From positions 30,884 through 94,883 of the forward strand of contig JBAZKC010000002.1 in assembly GCA_041651035.1 (NCBI GenBank): a DNA stretch of 64,000 nucleotides, in the 5' to 3' direction. The notes under the pieces were generated by a model that was not told where the DNA came from, made no database searches, and saw only the letters and a list, made by a program, of their open reading frames with translations. A program made the translations under genes and the position numbers. Positions 36,261-46,754 of the stretch are shown here, piece after piece. How positions within the stretch are numbered: the first letter of the stretch is position 1; each line of letters opens with the position of its first letter. This DNA is from Candidatus Omnitrophota bacterium (GTDB taxonomy: Bacteria; Omnitrophota; Gorgyraeia; Gygaellales; Profunditerraquicolaceae).

Positions 36261-37517
36261 ATGGATCTAAAACAAGAGTTGATAAATACGGTAAAGAATA
36301 CTAAAGCAGCTTCAGGTTTTCTGTTAAATATTTCTTCCGCTACGAAGAATAAGATCCTTCGTGATATGGCCTCTAGTTTAAACGCTAGAAGCGGTTTTAT
36401 CCTGAAAGCTAATAGAAAAGATGTAGCGGGAGCCAAAACAGCGGGCCTTTCTCTAGCGCTTATTGACAGGCTTACTCTTAATCCTAAGCGGATAAAAGAG
36501 ATGTCTGATTCTTTGATAGAGATATCCAAGTTAAAAGATCCTGTGGGAGAGGTGATAAAAGCCTGGACCCGGCCAAACGGCTTGCGTATACAGAAGGTGC
36601 GCGTGCCTATTGGAGTCATCGCCATCATCTATGAGTCGCGTCCCAATGTTACTTCTGACTGCGCGGGGCTTTGTTTTAAATCGGGCAACAGTGTAGTCTT
36701 AAGAGGCGGGAGCGAGGCATTAAATTCCAATAAAGCTATCTATCAGGTACTTAAAGATGTGTTGAAGAAATATAAGATCCCTGAATCTGTGATAAATATT
36801 ATTACTACTAGAGACAGGCGCGCGGTAGACGCGCTGCTAAAATTGAATGATTACATTGATCTGGTTATTCCCCGCGGCGGAGAAGGGCTTATAAGAAGAG
36901 TAGTTAAATTATCGCGCATACCGGTAATAAAACATTATAAGGGTATCTGCCATACCTACGTGGATGAATGGGCGGACCTGAATATGGCAGAGAATATTTG
37001 TTTTAATGCCAAGGTCCAGCGCCCCGGGGTATGCAACGCCATGGAAAGCATGCTTGTGCATAAAGATGTCGCGGCAAGATTCTTGCCGGGGATGTTAAGA
37101 AAATTCAAACAGGCAGGGGTAGAGATCCGTGGTTGCGCTGTTACCCAAAGAATAGTTAAAGGCATCTTAAGGGCTAGCGAAAAAGATTACCGCACCGAGT
37201 ACCTGGATCTGGTGCTTTCCGTAAAGGTGGTGGAGGACCTGAAAGAGGCGATAACCCATATAAATAATTATGGCTCGCACCATTCTGATACTATCATTAC
37301 GGAAGACCATAAAAATGCCCTGCAATTTTTAAAAGGCGTTGATTCGGCCTGTGTTTATGTAAATGCCTCCACGCGGTTTACCGACGGCCATCAATTCGGA
37401 TTAGGGGCGGAGATAGGCATATCCACGGATAAATTGCACGCGCGCGGGCCTATGGCGCTTGAAGAATTGACTACTTATAAGTATATGGTATTCGGGAGCG
37501 GCCAGATACGGGCATAG
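36261..37517 (+). CDS. proA: Glutamate-5-semialdehyde dehydrogenase
   Basis: 418 aa, aldehyde dehydrogenase fold, catalytic Cys region ..VCNAMES.. Confidence 0.9.
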   Translation: MDLKQELINTVKNTKAASGFLLNISSATKNKILRDMASSLNARSGFILKANRKDVAGAKTAGLSLALIDRLTLNPKRIKEMSDSLIEISKLKDPVGEVIKAWTRPNGLRIQKVRVPIGVIAIIYESRPNVTSDCAGLCFKSGNSVVLRGGSEALNSNKAIYQVLKDVLKKYKIPESVINIITTRDRRAVDALLKLNDYIDLVIPRGGEGLIRRVVKLSRIPVIKHYKGICHTYVDEWADLNMAENICFNAKVQRPGVCNAMESMLVHKDVAARFLPGMLRKFKQAGVEIRGCAVTQRIVKGILRASEKDYRTEYLDLVLSVKVVEDLKEAITHINNYGSHHSDTIITEDHKNALQFLKGVDSACVYVNASTRFTDGHQFGLGAEIGISTDKLHARGPMALEELTTYKYMVFGSGQIRA

Positions 37518-37519
37518 AG

Positions 37520-38098
37520 ATGAAAATTGGCATCTTAGGCGGGACATTTAATCCCGTGCATATAGGGCATCTTATTTTAGCGGAAGAGGCGAGAGAAAAA
37601 TTAGGCCTGGATAGAGTTGTTTTTGTGCCCGCGTATCTGCCTCCGCACAAAGACAGTTCTGATATTGCTTCCGCCAGGGACAGGTTTTTGATGGTAAAGC
37701 TCGCGATCTCCGGCAATAGATATTTTTCCGCCTCCGATATAGAAATAAAAAGGGACGGCCGTTCTTTTACAATAGACACCATAAAGGAATTTAAAAAAAT
37801 ATACCCGCAGGATGAGTTATATTTTATAATTGGTTCTGACCTGCTTAAATATTTAGATGAATGGAAAAATTTGGACGAGATCATTAAGATGGTAAAATTT
37901 ATCGCGGCAACCCGGCCGGGATACCCTTTAGAAAATCTGCCTGCTTATATCTCTACCGTTGCTATCAGGGCGGTAGATGTTTCAGGGTTCCAGATCCGTC
38001 GTTGCATAGAGGCAGGCAGGTCATTCAGGTATCTTATTCCCGACGCAGTGCGTAAATACATCCTTAAAAAGAAACTATACAGGAAAGCCCCTAATTAA
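37520..38098 (+). CDS. nadD: Nicotinate-nucleotide adenylyltransferase
   Basis: MKIGILGGTFNPVHIGHL (HxGH) motif, 192 aa. Confidence 0.9.
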   Translation: MKIGILGGTFNPVHIGHLILAEEAREKLGLDRVVFVPAYLPPHKDSSDIASARDRFLMVKLAISGNRYFSASDIEIKRDGRSFTIDTIKEFKKIYPQDELYFIIGSDLLKYLDEWKNLDEIIKMVKFIAATRPGYPLENLPAYISTVAIRAVDVSGFQIRRCIEAGRSFRYLIPDAVRKYILKKKLYRKAPN

Positions 38099-38101
38099 TT
38101 T

Positions 38102-38746
38102 ATGAAGATTAAAATCGCTCCCTCGATATTATCAGCAGATTTCAGCTGCCTGGCTTCTGACATGAGAAAGGCCCAGGCCGCCGGAGCCGACATGTTCCAT
38201 GTGGATATTATGGACGGCCATTTTGTGCCTAATATCACCATCGGCCCTGTGGTCGTAAAGCGTATCCGCAAGGTAACAAAATTACCGCTGGATGTGCATC
38301 TGATGATCGAGGAGCCGGAAAAGTTCATTAATGCTTTCGCGGAAGCTGGAAGCGATATGATCACCGTGCACATAGAGACCATAAGCCCTAAACGCTATAC
38401 CCTCTGCGCCAGGCGTTTAAAAGCAAAAGGCATTAAAGCAGGCATTTCTTTAAATCCCTCTACTCCTTTAGCAAAAATTAAACCCGTACTTAATGTGGCA
38501 GATCTTGTTTTAATTATGTCGGTTAACCCGGGCTTTGCCGGCCAGGCGTTCATAAAGGCGGCTTTACCCAGGATAAAACAACTGCGTTCTATTTATGACG
38601 GCGATATCGCCGTGGATGGCGGGATAAATGACAGTAACGCCAGGCAAATAATCAACGCAGGGGCAAATATTTTAGTCGCGGGTTCCTACATATTTGGCGC
38701 CAAAAATATGAAGCTTGCTATGGAAAGGATAAGAAATGCGAAGTAA
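38102..38746 (+). CDS. rpe: Ribulose-phosphate 3-epimerase
   Basis: IAPSILSADF..HVDIMDGHFVPN..MSVNPGFAGQ motifs. Confidence 0.92.
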   Translation: MKIKIAPSILSADFSCLASDMRKAQAAGADMFHVDIMDGHFVPNITIGPVVVKRIRKVTKLPLDVHLMIEEPEKFINAFAEAGSDMITVHIETISPKRYTLCARRLKAKGIKAGISLNPSTPLAKIKPVLNVADLVLIMSVNPGFAGQAFIKAALPRIKQLRSIYDGDIAVDGGINDSNARQIINAGANILVAGSYIFGAKNMKLAMERIRNAK

Positions 38747-40115
38747 TCAGGAAATTAAATTCGGGACCGACGGCTGGAGAGCTGTTATTGGAGATACCTA
38801 TACTTTTTCTAACCTGCGTATTCTTTCACAGGCGGTAGCGGATTATCTAGGTTCTGGTAAAAAGGTGGCCGTGGGTTATGATACGCGTTTTATGTCTGGA
38901 CGTTTCGCCAGGATAGCCGCCGAAGTGCTGGTTAACAATGGTATTGATGTCCTGCTCGCGGACAGCTATATTCCTACTCCCGCTTTAAGCCTTACCGTTA
39001 AAACAAGAAAATTAGATTTAGGCATTATGATCACCGCTTCGCATAATCCCGCGGAATATAACGGGTTTAAGATCAAGGATCCCACCGGAGGCTCAGCCAG
39101 CCCTGAAGTAACCGGCGCCATAGAAAACCTCTTGGGCGCAAACGCGGTAAAAGAGTCCAATAATACACCGGCTAAAATAATAGAGGAAGACTTAATACGT
39201 GATTATGTAGGTTTCTTGCGTTCCTATATTGACTTTAAGAAGATAAAGAACAAGAAATTCAAAGTTTTGGTTGATCCTATGTATGGTGCGGGAAACAGTT
39301 TTATCGCTCGAATACTCAAAGGATCGAGCATAAAGATAGAATTTATGCACAACACTGTTAACCCTTCTTTTGGCGGCAGGCGGCCTGAGCCGGTTGAAGA
39401 AAACCTGGAAGAATTAAAGGGCCGGCTTAAGAAAGAAAAATTCGATTTAGGGATTGTCCTTGATGGGGATGCTGACAGGATCGCCGCTGTGGCTCCGGGA
39501 GGCATATTTATACATCCGCAGAAGATATTAGGCCTCCTGGCCCTGCACCTTAACCAGGACAGGCATATGTCAGGCGGTATCGTAAAGACGATCGCCGGCA
39601 CAGCTATGATCGATAATATCGCTAGATCTTTAGGTGTTAAACTTTATGAAACACCGGTGGGCTTTAAATATATCTCCGAACTTATGGGGAAAGAAGATAT
39701 TGTAGCCGGCGGGGAAGAAGCCGGCGGCATGGGAGTAAAAGGCTACATCCCCGAACGGGACGGTACGTTGGCAGGCCTGTTGCTTTTAGAGATGATGGTT
39801 TATCGTAATAAAAACATTCTAGAGATCTTAAAGGATACCGAGAAGAAATTCGGCAGGTATTATTATCTCCGCAATGACCTGCGCCTGGATAGGAAAATTG
39901 AATTGAAGAAAGAAAACCTGCCGAAAGAGCTGCTGGGCAAGAAAGTGACGCGGGTAAAAGATTACGACGGGATAAAATTGATCTGTGAAGATGAGAGTTG
40001 GCTGATGTTCAGGGCTTCGGGCACCGAACCGATCATGCGTTTATATGCTGAGGCAAAAAGTTTAAGCAGGTCTAAAGGGCTATTAGAGTTAGGCGAAGCA
40101 ATGATCCGTCCTTAA
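38736..40115 (+). CDS. Phosphoglucomutase/phosphomannomutase family protein
   Basis: FGTDGWR.., active-site loop TASHNP, metal loop DGDADR. Confidence 0.88.
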   Translation: MRSNQEIKFGTDGWRAVIGDTYTFSNLRILSQAVADYLGSGKKVAVGYDTRFMSGRFARIAAEVLVNNGIDVLLADSYIPTPALSLTVKTRKLDLGIMITASHNPAEYNGFKIKDPTGGSASPEVTGAIENLLGANAVKESNNTPAKIIEEDLIRDYVGFLRSYIDFKKIKNKKFKVLVDPMYGAGNSFIARILKGSSIKIEFMHNTVNPSFGGRRPEPVEENLEELKGRLKKEKFDLGIVLDGDADRIAAVAPGGIFIHPQKILGLLALHLNQDRHMSGGIVKTIAGTAMIDNIARSLGVKLYETPVGFKYISELMGKEDIVAGGEEAGGMGVKGYIPERDGTLAGLLLLEMMVYRNKNILEILKDTEKKFGRYYYLRNDLRLDRKIELKKENLPKELLGKKVTRVKDYDGIKLICEDESWLMFRASGTEPIMRLYAEAKSLSRSKGLLELGEAMIRP

Positions 40116-40121
40116 GAAGCA

Positions 40122-40745
40122 ATGGTTTATTCTATATCGCGGTTTTTAAGTTTATTGATATTTAAGATCGTGTTTCGGCTGGAGGTACACGGCCAAAAAA
40201 ATATACCTGAAAAAGGAGGTTTTATTTTAGCCGGCAACCATGTCAGTTACTTAGACCCGGTTGCCGTAGGGGTAGCCTGTCCGCGTGAAACTGATTTTAT
40301 GGCGCGGCACGATTTATTCTCGAAGCGTTTTCTCTCCTGGTGGCTGCCCAGAGTGAGGGCTTTTCCGGTAAAAAGGGATTCTCCGGACGCGTCAGCTTTA
40401 AAAGAAGCTATACGGCGCCTAAGGCGCGGCAGGGGGTTGGTTATGTTTCCTGAAGGCAGCCGCCGCGACGGGCCAGACGGCACTTCAGCTGGACCGCAGC
40501 CGGGTATCGGATTTATAGCGGTAAAAGCTGATGTGCCTGTGATACCGGCTTTTGTAAAAGGGACGGAAAGAGCGCTTCCCAGAGGCGCTAAATTCATATT
40601 TCCCGCTAAGGTTTCCGTGTATTTCGGGAAACAAATTCATATAGAAAAGGGGGTATCTTATCAAAGCGTCGCTAAAATAGTAATGGACAATATTAAAATT
40701 ATTGATACGAAGGGAGAAATAAAAAATGACAGAAACAAGATCTGA
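40122..40745 (+). CDS. plsC: 1-acyl-sn-glycerol-3-phosphate acyltransferase
   Basis: AGNHVSYLDP (HX4D) and MFPEGSRR acyltransferase motifs. Confidence 0.85.
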   Translation: MVYSISRFLSLLIFKIVFRLEVHGQKNIPEKGGFILAGNHVSYLDPVAVGVACPRETDFMARHDLFSKRFLSWWLPRVRAFPVKRDSPDASALKEAIRRLRRGRGLVMFPEGSRRDGPDGTSAGPQPGIGFIAVKADVPVIPAFVKGTERALPRGAKFIFPAKVSVYFGKQIHIEKGVSYQSVAKIVMDNIKIIDTKGEIKNDRNKI

Positions 40746-42264
40746 GATGGAGCAGTTTTATAATCAAAGTATAAAGATAATCCGCGAGGGCCAGGTAGTT
40801 ACCGGAAAGATCATTTCCGTGAGGGCTAAAGAGGTACTGGTGGATGTGGGGTTTAAATCCGAAGGCCTTGTCCCGATCATCGAGTTTAGCAAGGATGACC
40901 TAGAACCCGGAAAAGAATTAGAGTTCTACGTCGAATCAATAGAGAACGACGCGGGCAATATTGAGCTGTCCAGGGAAAAGGCAATGCGCATACAGGGGTG
41001 GGACAAGATCGTTAAATTTTCCCAGGATGGAGAGTTTGTCGACGGCAGGCCTGTTAAGAAAGTAAAAGGCGGGTTTCTCGTTGATGTTATGGGTATTGAA
41101 GGGTTCCTGCCTTCGTCTCTTTCCGCTTTTAAGGGTATCATGGAAAGGGATATTATGTATAAGCCTTATAAGTTCAAGATCGTCAAAGTTAATAACCTAA
41201 GGCGGAGCATTATCGTCAGCCGGCGTGAAGCTGTGCAGAAAGACAAGGAAGTAAACAAAACTAAAGTATGGCAGGGATTAAAGATCGGCGATATACATTC
41301 CGGCATGGTCAAGGCCATAACCGATTTCGGCGCCTTTATTGACTTAGGCGGAGTAGACGGGCTCCTGCATATTACGGATATGTCCTGGTCAAAGATCAGC
41401 CATCCTTCAGAAATAGTGGCTTTGGGGGATAAGATCGAAGTAACGATCTTGAATTTGGATAAAGATTCGGGAAAGATCTCTCTGGGATTAAAGCAAAGGC
41501 TGCCGGATCCCTGGCAGGATGTTGAGACAAAATTCAGCGTCGGCTCTAAAGTTAAGGGGAAGGTTGTAAATATTCTTCCATACGGGGTGTTCGCTGAATT
41601 GGATAAAGGGATAGAGGGATTGATCCATATATCAGAGATCTCCTGGATAAAGAGGATCAATAACCCGAGCGAGATGTTCGCTATCGGGGATATGGTAGAG
41701 ACTCAAGTGATAAGTGTGGATAAAGAGTCCCGCAGGATATCCTTAAGCATTAAACAACTGGAGCAGAATCCCTGGTTAGAGGCTGAATCCAAGTATCCTG
41801 TAGGCGCGAAAATCTCAGGTAAAGTAAGGGGATTTACGGAATACGGCGCCTTTGTGGAATTAGACAGCAGCTTGGAAGGAATGATCCATGTTTCTGATAT
41901 CTCTTGGACTAAAAGGATCGCGCATCCTCAGGATGTGTTGAAAAAGGGCCAGAAGGTGGATGTATCTGTTCTTTCCGTGGACAGCCAGAACCGGCGCATT
42001 TCTTTAGGCTTAAAACAATTACAGCCTAATCCTTGGACGGAGATCGCCGCCAAGTATCCCCTGGATACTATTTTAGAAGCAGAAGTAGCCAGCATCACTG
42101 ATTTTGGTGTCTTTGTGAAAATAGAAGAGGATCTGGAGGGTTTGATTTACGCCAGTGAAATAGATAAGGACACGGTTTCTAAATTGAAACCGGGAGATAA
42201 AATACAGAGCAAGGTTATTAAGGTTGATGTTGAGCAGGCCAAGATCGGCCTCGCCCCCGTTTAA
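40726..42264 (+). CDS. rpsA: 30S ribosomal protein S1
   Basis: 512 aa, six S1 (OB-fold) repeats. Confidence 0.92.
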   Translation: MTETRSEMEQFYNQSIKIIREGQVVTGKIISVRAKEVLVDVGFKSEGLVPIIEFSKDDLEPGKELEFYVESIENDAGNIELSREKAMRIQGWDKIVKFSQDGEFVDGRPVKKVKGGFLVDVMGIEGFLPSSLSAFKGIMERDIMYKPYKFKIVKVNNLRRSIIVSRREAVQKDKEVNKTKVWQGLKIGDIHSGMVKAITDFGAFIDLGGVDGLLHITDMSWSKISHPSEIVALGDKIEVTILNLDKDSGKISLGLKQRLPDPWQDVETKFSVGSKVKGKVVNILPYGVFAELDKGIEGLIHISEISWIKRINNPSEMFAIGDMVETQVISVDKESRRISLSIKQLEQNPWLEAESKYPVGAKISGKVRGFTEYGAFVELDSSLEGMIHVSDISWTKRIAHPQDVLKKGQKVDVSVLSVDSQNRRISLGLKQLQPNPWTEIAAKYPLDTILEAEVASITDFGVFVKIEEDLEGLIYASEIDKDTVSKLKPGDKIQSKVIKVDVEQAKIGLAPV

Positions 42265-42271
42265 ACGCTTA

Positions 42272-42339
42272 GGGACACCCTTTTTGCCAATCGAGGGACA
42301 CCCTTTCAGCTAATCGGGAGGGTGTCCCTTCAAGGGACA
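42272..42339. repeat. gggacaccc-type palindromic element (two direct gggacaccctttt copies plus inverted agggtgtccc) between rpsA and tyrS
   Basis: gggacaccctttttgccaatcgagggacaccctttcagctaatcgggagggtgtcccttcaagggacat; can form a 9-10 bp hairpin. Confidence 0.7.
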
Positions 42340-42343
42340 TAAA

Positions 42344-43528
42344 ATGCAAAAACCGGATATAAAAAAACAACTGGAGATAATAAAACGCGGCGCGGTGGAT
42401 ATTATCTCTGAGGATGAGCTTAAGCAGAAATTGGAAGCGAGTATTAAATCCGGCAAACCGCTTAAGATTAAAGCCGGTTTTGATCCTACAGCTCCTGATA
42501 TCCATCTGGGGCATATAGTGCTTTTGCGCAAGCTGCGCCAGTTCCAGGAGCTTGGGCATGAAGTCATCTTTTTGATCGGTGATTTCACCGGTCGTATCGG
42601 AGACCCCAGCGGCCGTTCCGAGATCCGCAAGCAGCTTACTGCCGAAGAAGTGGCTAAGAATGCCGAAACATACCGCAGGCAGATTTCAAAAGTCCTCGAC
42701 ATTAAGAAGATCAAGATCGTTTTTAACAGCTCCTGGTTCGAGAAGCTATCTTTAACCAGTATGCTCCATCTTGCCATGTGCTCTTCAGTCGGCCAGATGC
42801 TTGCCCGCGATGATTTTAAGAAGCGTTATACCAAAGGCGAAAACATCTCCATACTTGAATTTATCTATCCGCTCCTTCAGGGATATGATTCGATTAAGCT
42901 TGAGGCTGATGTTGAGCTCGGCGGGACAGACCAGGTTTTTAATCTTTTGATGGGCAGGGAGCTCCAGAAAGATTTTAACCAGCCTCAACAGGTAGTCATT
43001 ACTATGCCGCTTCTGGAAGGCACTGATGGGGTTAACAAGATGAGTAAGTCTTCGGGTAATTATATCGGCATTAACGAAAGCCCTTCTGAAATGTTCGGAA
43101 AGATCATGTCCATATCCGACGCGTTAATGGTCAAGTATTACGAATTGTTGACGGATGAAGACCTGGCTGCGGTAAAGAGTATGCACCCTAAGGAAGCAAA
43201 GATAAAATTAGCCCGGGAGATCGTCGCGCAGTACCATTCCCCGGAAGACGCAAAGCGGGCCCAGGCGGAATTTGACCGCGTATTCAGCCAGAAAGAATTG
43301 CCGGATGATATTCTAGAATATAAAACAAACGGGACAGAGACGATCCTGGCCATATTATTAAATACCGGATTGGTAAAAAGTGGCAATGAGGCACGCAGGC
43401 TCCTAAAGCAGGGGGCGGTTATCTTCTGTGACGCTAGAATAGAAAAGGATAGTTTTATCCCCCAAGAAAGCGGCATCTTGAAAGTCGGCGCGCGCAGGTT
43501 CTTGAAAATTACATGCCCAATAAAATAG
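42344..43528 (+). CDS. tyrS: Tyrosine--tRNA ligase
   Basis: HLGH (HIGH-class) and KMSKS motifs, C-terminal S4-like domain. Confidence 0.92.
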   Translation: MQKPDIKKQLEIIKRGAVDIISEDELKQKLEASIKSGKPLKIKAGFDPTAPDIHLGHIVLLRKLRQFQELGHEVIFLIGDFTGRIGDPSGRSEIRKQLTAEEVAKNAETYRRQISKVLDIKKIKIVFNSSWFEKLSLTSMLHLAMCSSVGQMLARDDFKKRYTKGENISILEFIYPLLQGYDSIKLEADVELGGTDQVFNLLMGRELQKDFNQPQQVVITMPLLEGTDGVNKMSKSSGNYIGINESPSEMFGKIMSISDALMVKYYELLTDEDLAAVKSMHPKEAKIKLAREIVAQYHSPEDAKRAQAEFDRVFSQKELPDDILEYKTNGTETILAILLNTGLVKSGNEARRLLKQGAVIFCDARIEKDSFIPQESGILKVGARRFLKITCPIK

Positions 43529-44799
43529 ATTCTTTCCACAAGAATATCCTCATTGTTTTTGCCGGAGCATCGTTAGCCAATTTCTTTAATCTTCTCTACC
43601 AATTACTAATTGCCCACAAGCTTTCAGCCGCGGATTTCGCGGCATTTAACTCCTTACTTGCTATATTCACGGTCATTACATCTCCTTTAGGCACTGTCCA
43701 GATGGCGGTAACCAAATATAGCGCGGAATTTAATGCCCGTAACCAGATCAACAAACTAAAATTCTTACTATCAGGCTTGTTTAAAGCGGCATCTATCCTG
43801 GCGATAGTCATCCTCCTGGTCTTTTGTTTTTTTTCAACTCAGATAACAAATTCCTTGAAGATCCCGTCGGTTTCTGCCGGGTATATTCTAGCCATATTGC
43901 TGGCTTTGACCTGCCTGACCCAGGTTTTCGCGGGTGGAGTACAGGGGCTGGAACTATTTAAATGGCTTGCTTCTGGATCTATCATAGCCGGTGTCTTGAA
44001 GTTAGTCTTTGGTTTTATATTCATTTCTTTAGGATATAATATTGCCGGCGCTTTAGGCGCCTTATTAGTTTCCAGTTTTATCGGGCTGGTTATTTACTAT
44101 TTTCCTTTAAGACAGTATATACGTTTAAATACGGCAGGCCCAATTACCGGCACGCCTGAGCAAGTAACAGCTTCTGGCGGGATAAATTATAAGGAGATGT
44201 TTGTATATTTATTTCCTGTGGCAGCCGCCTATTTTTGTTTTTCGAACCTGGTGAATTCCGATATGGTCCAGGTAAAGTACTTTTTTAACCCTCAAGATTC
44301 AGGTTTTTATTCTTTGGCGCAGATGTTAGGGAAGATTTTTCTGTTTCTTCCCGCGGCGATAAGCTTAGTGATGTTCCCCAAGACCTGCGGCTTAAACGCC
44401 AAGAATATGGATACGAGGGTAATTTTAAAAAAGTCAATGCTGTATGTCCTGGGTTTGTGTATCCTGTCGGTTTTATTCTATAATATTTTTCCATCCTTTG
44501 TGTTAAAGGTTTTAACCGGCAAGGCGTATCCCGAATCTATATTGTTAGGCAGGTTGTTCAGTATATCCATGAGCTTTTTCGCGCTCTTATATGTTTTGAT
44601 CATGTATTTTCTTTCCGTAAAAGACCTGCGCTTCATCAAATATTTAGCTTCTTTTACTATTTTACAATTCTTAGCCGTCGCATTCTTTCATAAAAACCTC
44701 ATTCAAGTCCAACTGGTGCTTTGCGTAAATGCGGTATTGCTTTTTTGTATTCATCTTATTCTGGCTAACTTTACTCCGTCTCTGCGCGAGGAGGCATAG
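43513..44799 (+). CDS. Oligosaccharide/polysaccharide flippase (Wzx/MOP superfamily)
   Basis: 428 aa, ~12 TM helices, polysaccharide biosynthesis protein-type N-terminus. Confidence 0.75.
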   Translation: MPNKIDSFHKNILIVFAGASLANFFNLLYQLLIAHKLSAADFAAFNSLLAIFTVITSPLGTVQMAVTKYSAEFNARNQINKLKFLLSGLFKAASILAIVILLVFCFFSTQITNSLKIPSVSAGYILAILLALTCLTQVFAGGVQGLELFKWLASGSIIAGVLKLVFGFIFISLGYNIAGALGALLVSSFIGLVIYYFPLRQYIRLNTAGPITGTPEQVTASGGINYKEMFVYLFPVAAAYFCFSNLVNSDMVQVKYFFNPQDSGFYSLAQMLGKIFLFLPAAISLVMFPKTCGLNAKNMDTRVILKKSMLYVLGLCILSVLFYNIFPSFVLKVLTGKAYPESILLGRLFSISMSFFALLYVLIMYFLSVKDLRFIKYLASFTILQFLAVAFFHKNLIQVQLVLCVNAVLLFCIHLILANFTPSLREEA

Positions 44800-44802
44800 A
44801 TA

Positions 44803-45600
44803 ATGCGCGACATAAAAGGAAAGGTTTCCATAATCATGCCTGCTTATAATGAAGCAGGCCGCATCGCCGCCAGCATAGAAGAAACAGCCAAAACTTTTAA
44901 CGAGTTTGGGTGCTCTTGGGAGCTCATCGTGATGGATGACGGCTCAAGCGACGATACGTATGAGTTTACCAGAGAAATTTCCAAAAAATACCCCGCCGGC
45001 CGGATTATTATCAAAAAGAACCCTTTTAACATGGGTAAAGGCAGGGCGCTTAAAAAGGCATTACGTTACATAAGCGGGGATTACGCGGTGTTCTTAGACG
45101 CGGATATGGATTTGCACCCCATACAGGTTCAAACGCTTTTTGACATCATGCGCCTGGATAACGCTGATATAGTCATAGGCTCTAAATTGCACCCTAATTC
45201 AATAGTGGATTATTCTTTCCAGCGCAGGCTTTATAGCTGGGTTTATTATTTGTTGGTAAAGATGCTTTTTGGCCTGCCTTGTCATGATACTCAAACCGGC
45301 CTTAAGTTATTTAAGACCGAGGTCTTGCGAAAGGTTTTCCCCCGGATACTGGTAAAGAAATTTGCCTTTGACCTGGAGGTTTTGGTAAACGCGCACCACT
45401 TAGGATATAAAATGGCGGAAGCCCCGATAGTGCTTAGTCCCCAAAGGCGTTATGGCCGTATTGGGCTCAATGCCGTCTTTGTTACTTTATGGGATACCCT
45501 GGCAATATTCTATCGGATGCATATTTTAAAATATTATGACCGTATCCATTATTATCGTCGTAAAAACCTGGCAAAAGAATTTAGAAGAATGCGTAGGTAA
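44803..45600 (+). CDS. Glycosyltransferase family 2 (DPM/undecaprenyl-phosphate sugar transferase-like)
   Basis: VSIIMPAYNE..DDGSSDDT..FLDADMD motifs. Confidence 0.85.
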   Translation: MRDIKGKVSIIMPAYNEAGRIAASIEETAKTFNEFGCSWELIVMDDGSSDDTYEFTREISKKYPAGRIIIKKNPFNMGKGRALKKALRYISGDYAVFLDADMDLHPIQVQTLFDIMRLDNADIVIGSKLHPNSIVDYSFQRRLYSWVYYLLVKMLFGLPCHDTQTGLKLFKTEVLRKVFPRILVKKFAFDLEVLVNAHHLGYKMAEAPIVLSPQRRYGRIGLNAVFVTLWDTLAIFYRMHILKYYDRIHYYRRKNLAKEFRRMRR

Positions 45601-46507
45601 GTGCCTCAAACTCGACTCTGCTGAGTTTGAGATCTTGATCTTGCCTGACGAACCTATTGCCCAAAGGGACAGTCTCTGTTCGGGGACAGTCCCTATTAGA
45701 GTTATTCCCACGGGCCCTGTGTCTCCGGCTGATAAGCGGGACATAGCCATAAAATACGCGAAAGGAGACATCGTTGCTTTTATCGATGACGATGCCTATC
45801 CGGTAAAAGATTGGCTTAAAAACGCGTTAGAGAATTTTAAAGATGAAGAGGTGGCCGCGGTAGGGGGGCCGGCAATAACCAGCCCTCTGGACAGCTTAAG
45901 ACAAAAAGCAAGCGGCGCGATATATTCGTCGTTTTTAGTAAGCGGGGGATTTGTCTATCGTTATCTGCCTAAGGAAAAAAGAGAGATAGATGATTATCCG
46001 AGTTGTAATCTTCTGGTCCGTAAATCCATAATGCGGGAGTTAGGCGGTTTTAATACCAAGTTCTGGCCGGGAGAAGATACTAAGCTTTGCCTGGATATAA
46101 CTGTCAGGCTCGGTAAAAAGATAATTTATGACCCCGGTGTCCTGGTTTATCATCACCGCCGGCCGGTCTTTGTCCCCCATCTTAAGCAGATAGCTAATTA
46201 TGCCCTTCATCGCGGTTATTTCGTAAAGAAATACCCCGAAACCTCTTTAAAGTTGCCTTATTTTATTCCCACGCTATTTCTATTCGCGCTGACAATAGGC
46301 GCTATCTTGTCTATGGTTTCAGCTCCCATTAGAATAATTTATTCTTTAGGGTTGTCGTTATATTTAATTTCAGTTTTTATTTCTAGTATTCGTAATGGCG
46401 CGCGTTTGGCACCTTTTGTATTTTTCGGCATAATATTTACTCATTGCACCTATGGTTTTTATTTCCTGAAAGGCCTTTTTTACCAGAAGCTTTCCGAAGA
46501 AAAATAA
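45536..46507 (+). CDS. Glycosyltransferase family 2 with C-terminal membrane helices
   Basis: VSIIIVVK..IDDDAYP; contains a 28-bp in-frame GGGAC element at 45666-45693 (SLCSGTVP). The start overlaps the upstream GT2 by 65 nt. Confidence 0.75.
   Translation: MTVSIIIVVKTWQKNLEECVGKCLKLDSAEFEILILPDEPIAQRDSLCSGTVPIRVIPTGPVSPADKRDIAIKYAKGDIVAFIDDDAYPVKDWLKNALENFKDEEVAAVGGPAITSPLDSLRQKASGAIYSSFLVSGGFVYRYLPKEKREIDDYPSCNLLVRKSIMRELGGFNTKFWPGEDTKLCLDITVRLGKKIIYDPGVLVYHHRRPVFVPHLKQIANYALHRGYFVKKYPETSLKLPYFIPTLFLFALTIGAILSMVSAPIRIIYSLGLSLYLISVFISSIRNGARLAPFVFFGIIFTHCTYGFYFLKGLFYQKLSEEK
45666..45693. repeat. Short gggacagtc / ggggacagtccc element inside the GT2 CDS
   Basis: gggacagtctctgttcggggacagtccc. 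Confidence 0.6.
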
Positions 46508-46508
46508 T

Positions 46509-46744
46509 GGGGACGGTTCTCTTCGAGAACCGTCCCCAGGTTTCACCAAAACAGGGACTGGTTCCGAAAGCTATTTAAAATCGCGGGGATAATTTGTCAT
46601 TCTGAACTACTACTCTTTTAGTCATTCTGAGCGAAGCGAAGAATCTGTTTTTAGATTCTTCGGCCTGCGGCCTCAGAATGACGACAAGACAGGGACTGGT
46701 CCCGAAAAGTAGCTCAATATAGACTGTTCTTAGGGACCTGTCCC
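46509..46744. repeat. Intergenic nest of palindromic elements: a type B hairpin, a partial type A arm, a long gtcattctgag hairpin and a full type A element
   Basis: 46509-46537 ggggacggttctcTTCGgagaaccgtcccc (13-bp stem, UUCG loop). 46552-46575 cagggactggttccgaaagc. 46621-46682 gtcattctgagcgaagcgaagaatc..gattcttcg..ctcagaatgac, with an extra gtcattctga copy at 46596. 46690-46744 cagggactggtcccgaaaagtagc..ctgttcttagggacctgtccc. Confidence 0.8.
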
Positions 46745-46754
46745 AAAAATAAAT

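Noticed and set aside
41166-43539. Several minus-strand ORFs (164, 155, 133 aa) over rpsA and tyrS
   Set aside because: Antisense to highly conserved housekeeping genes
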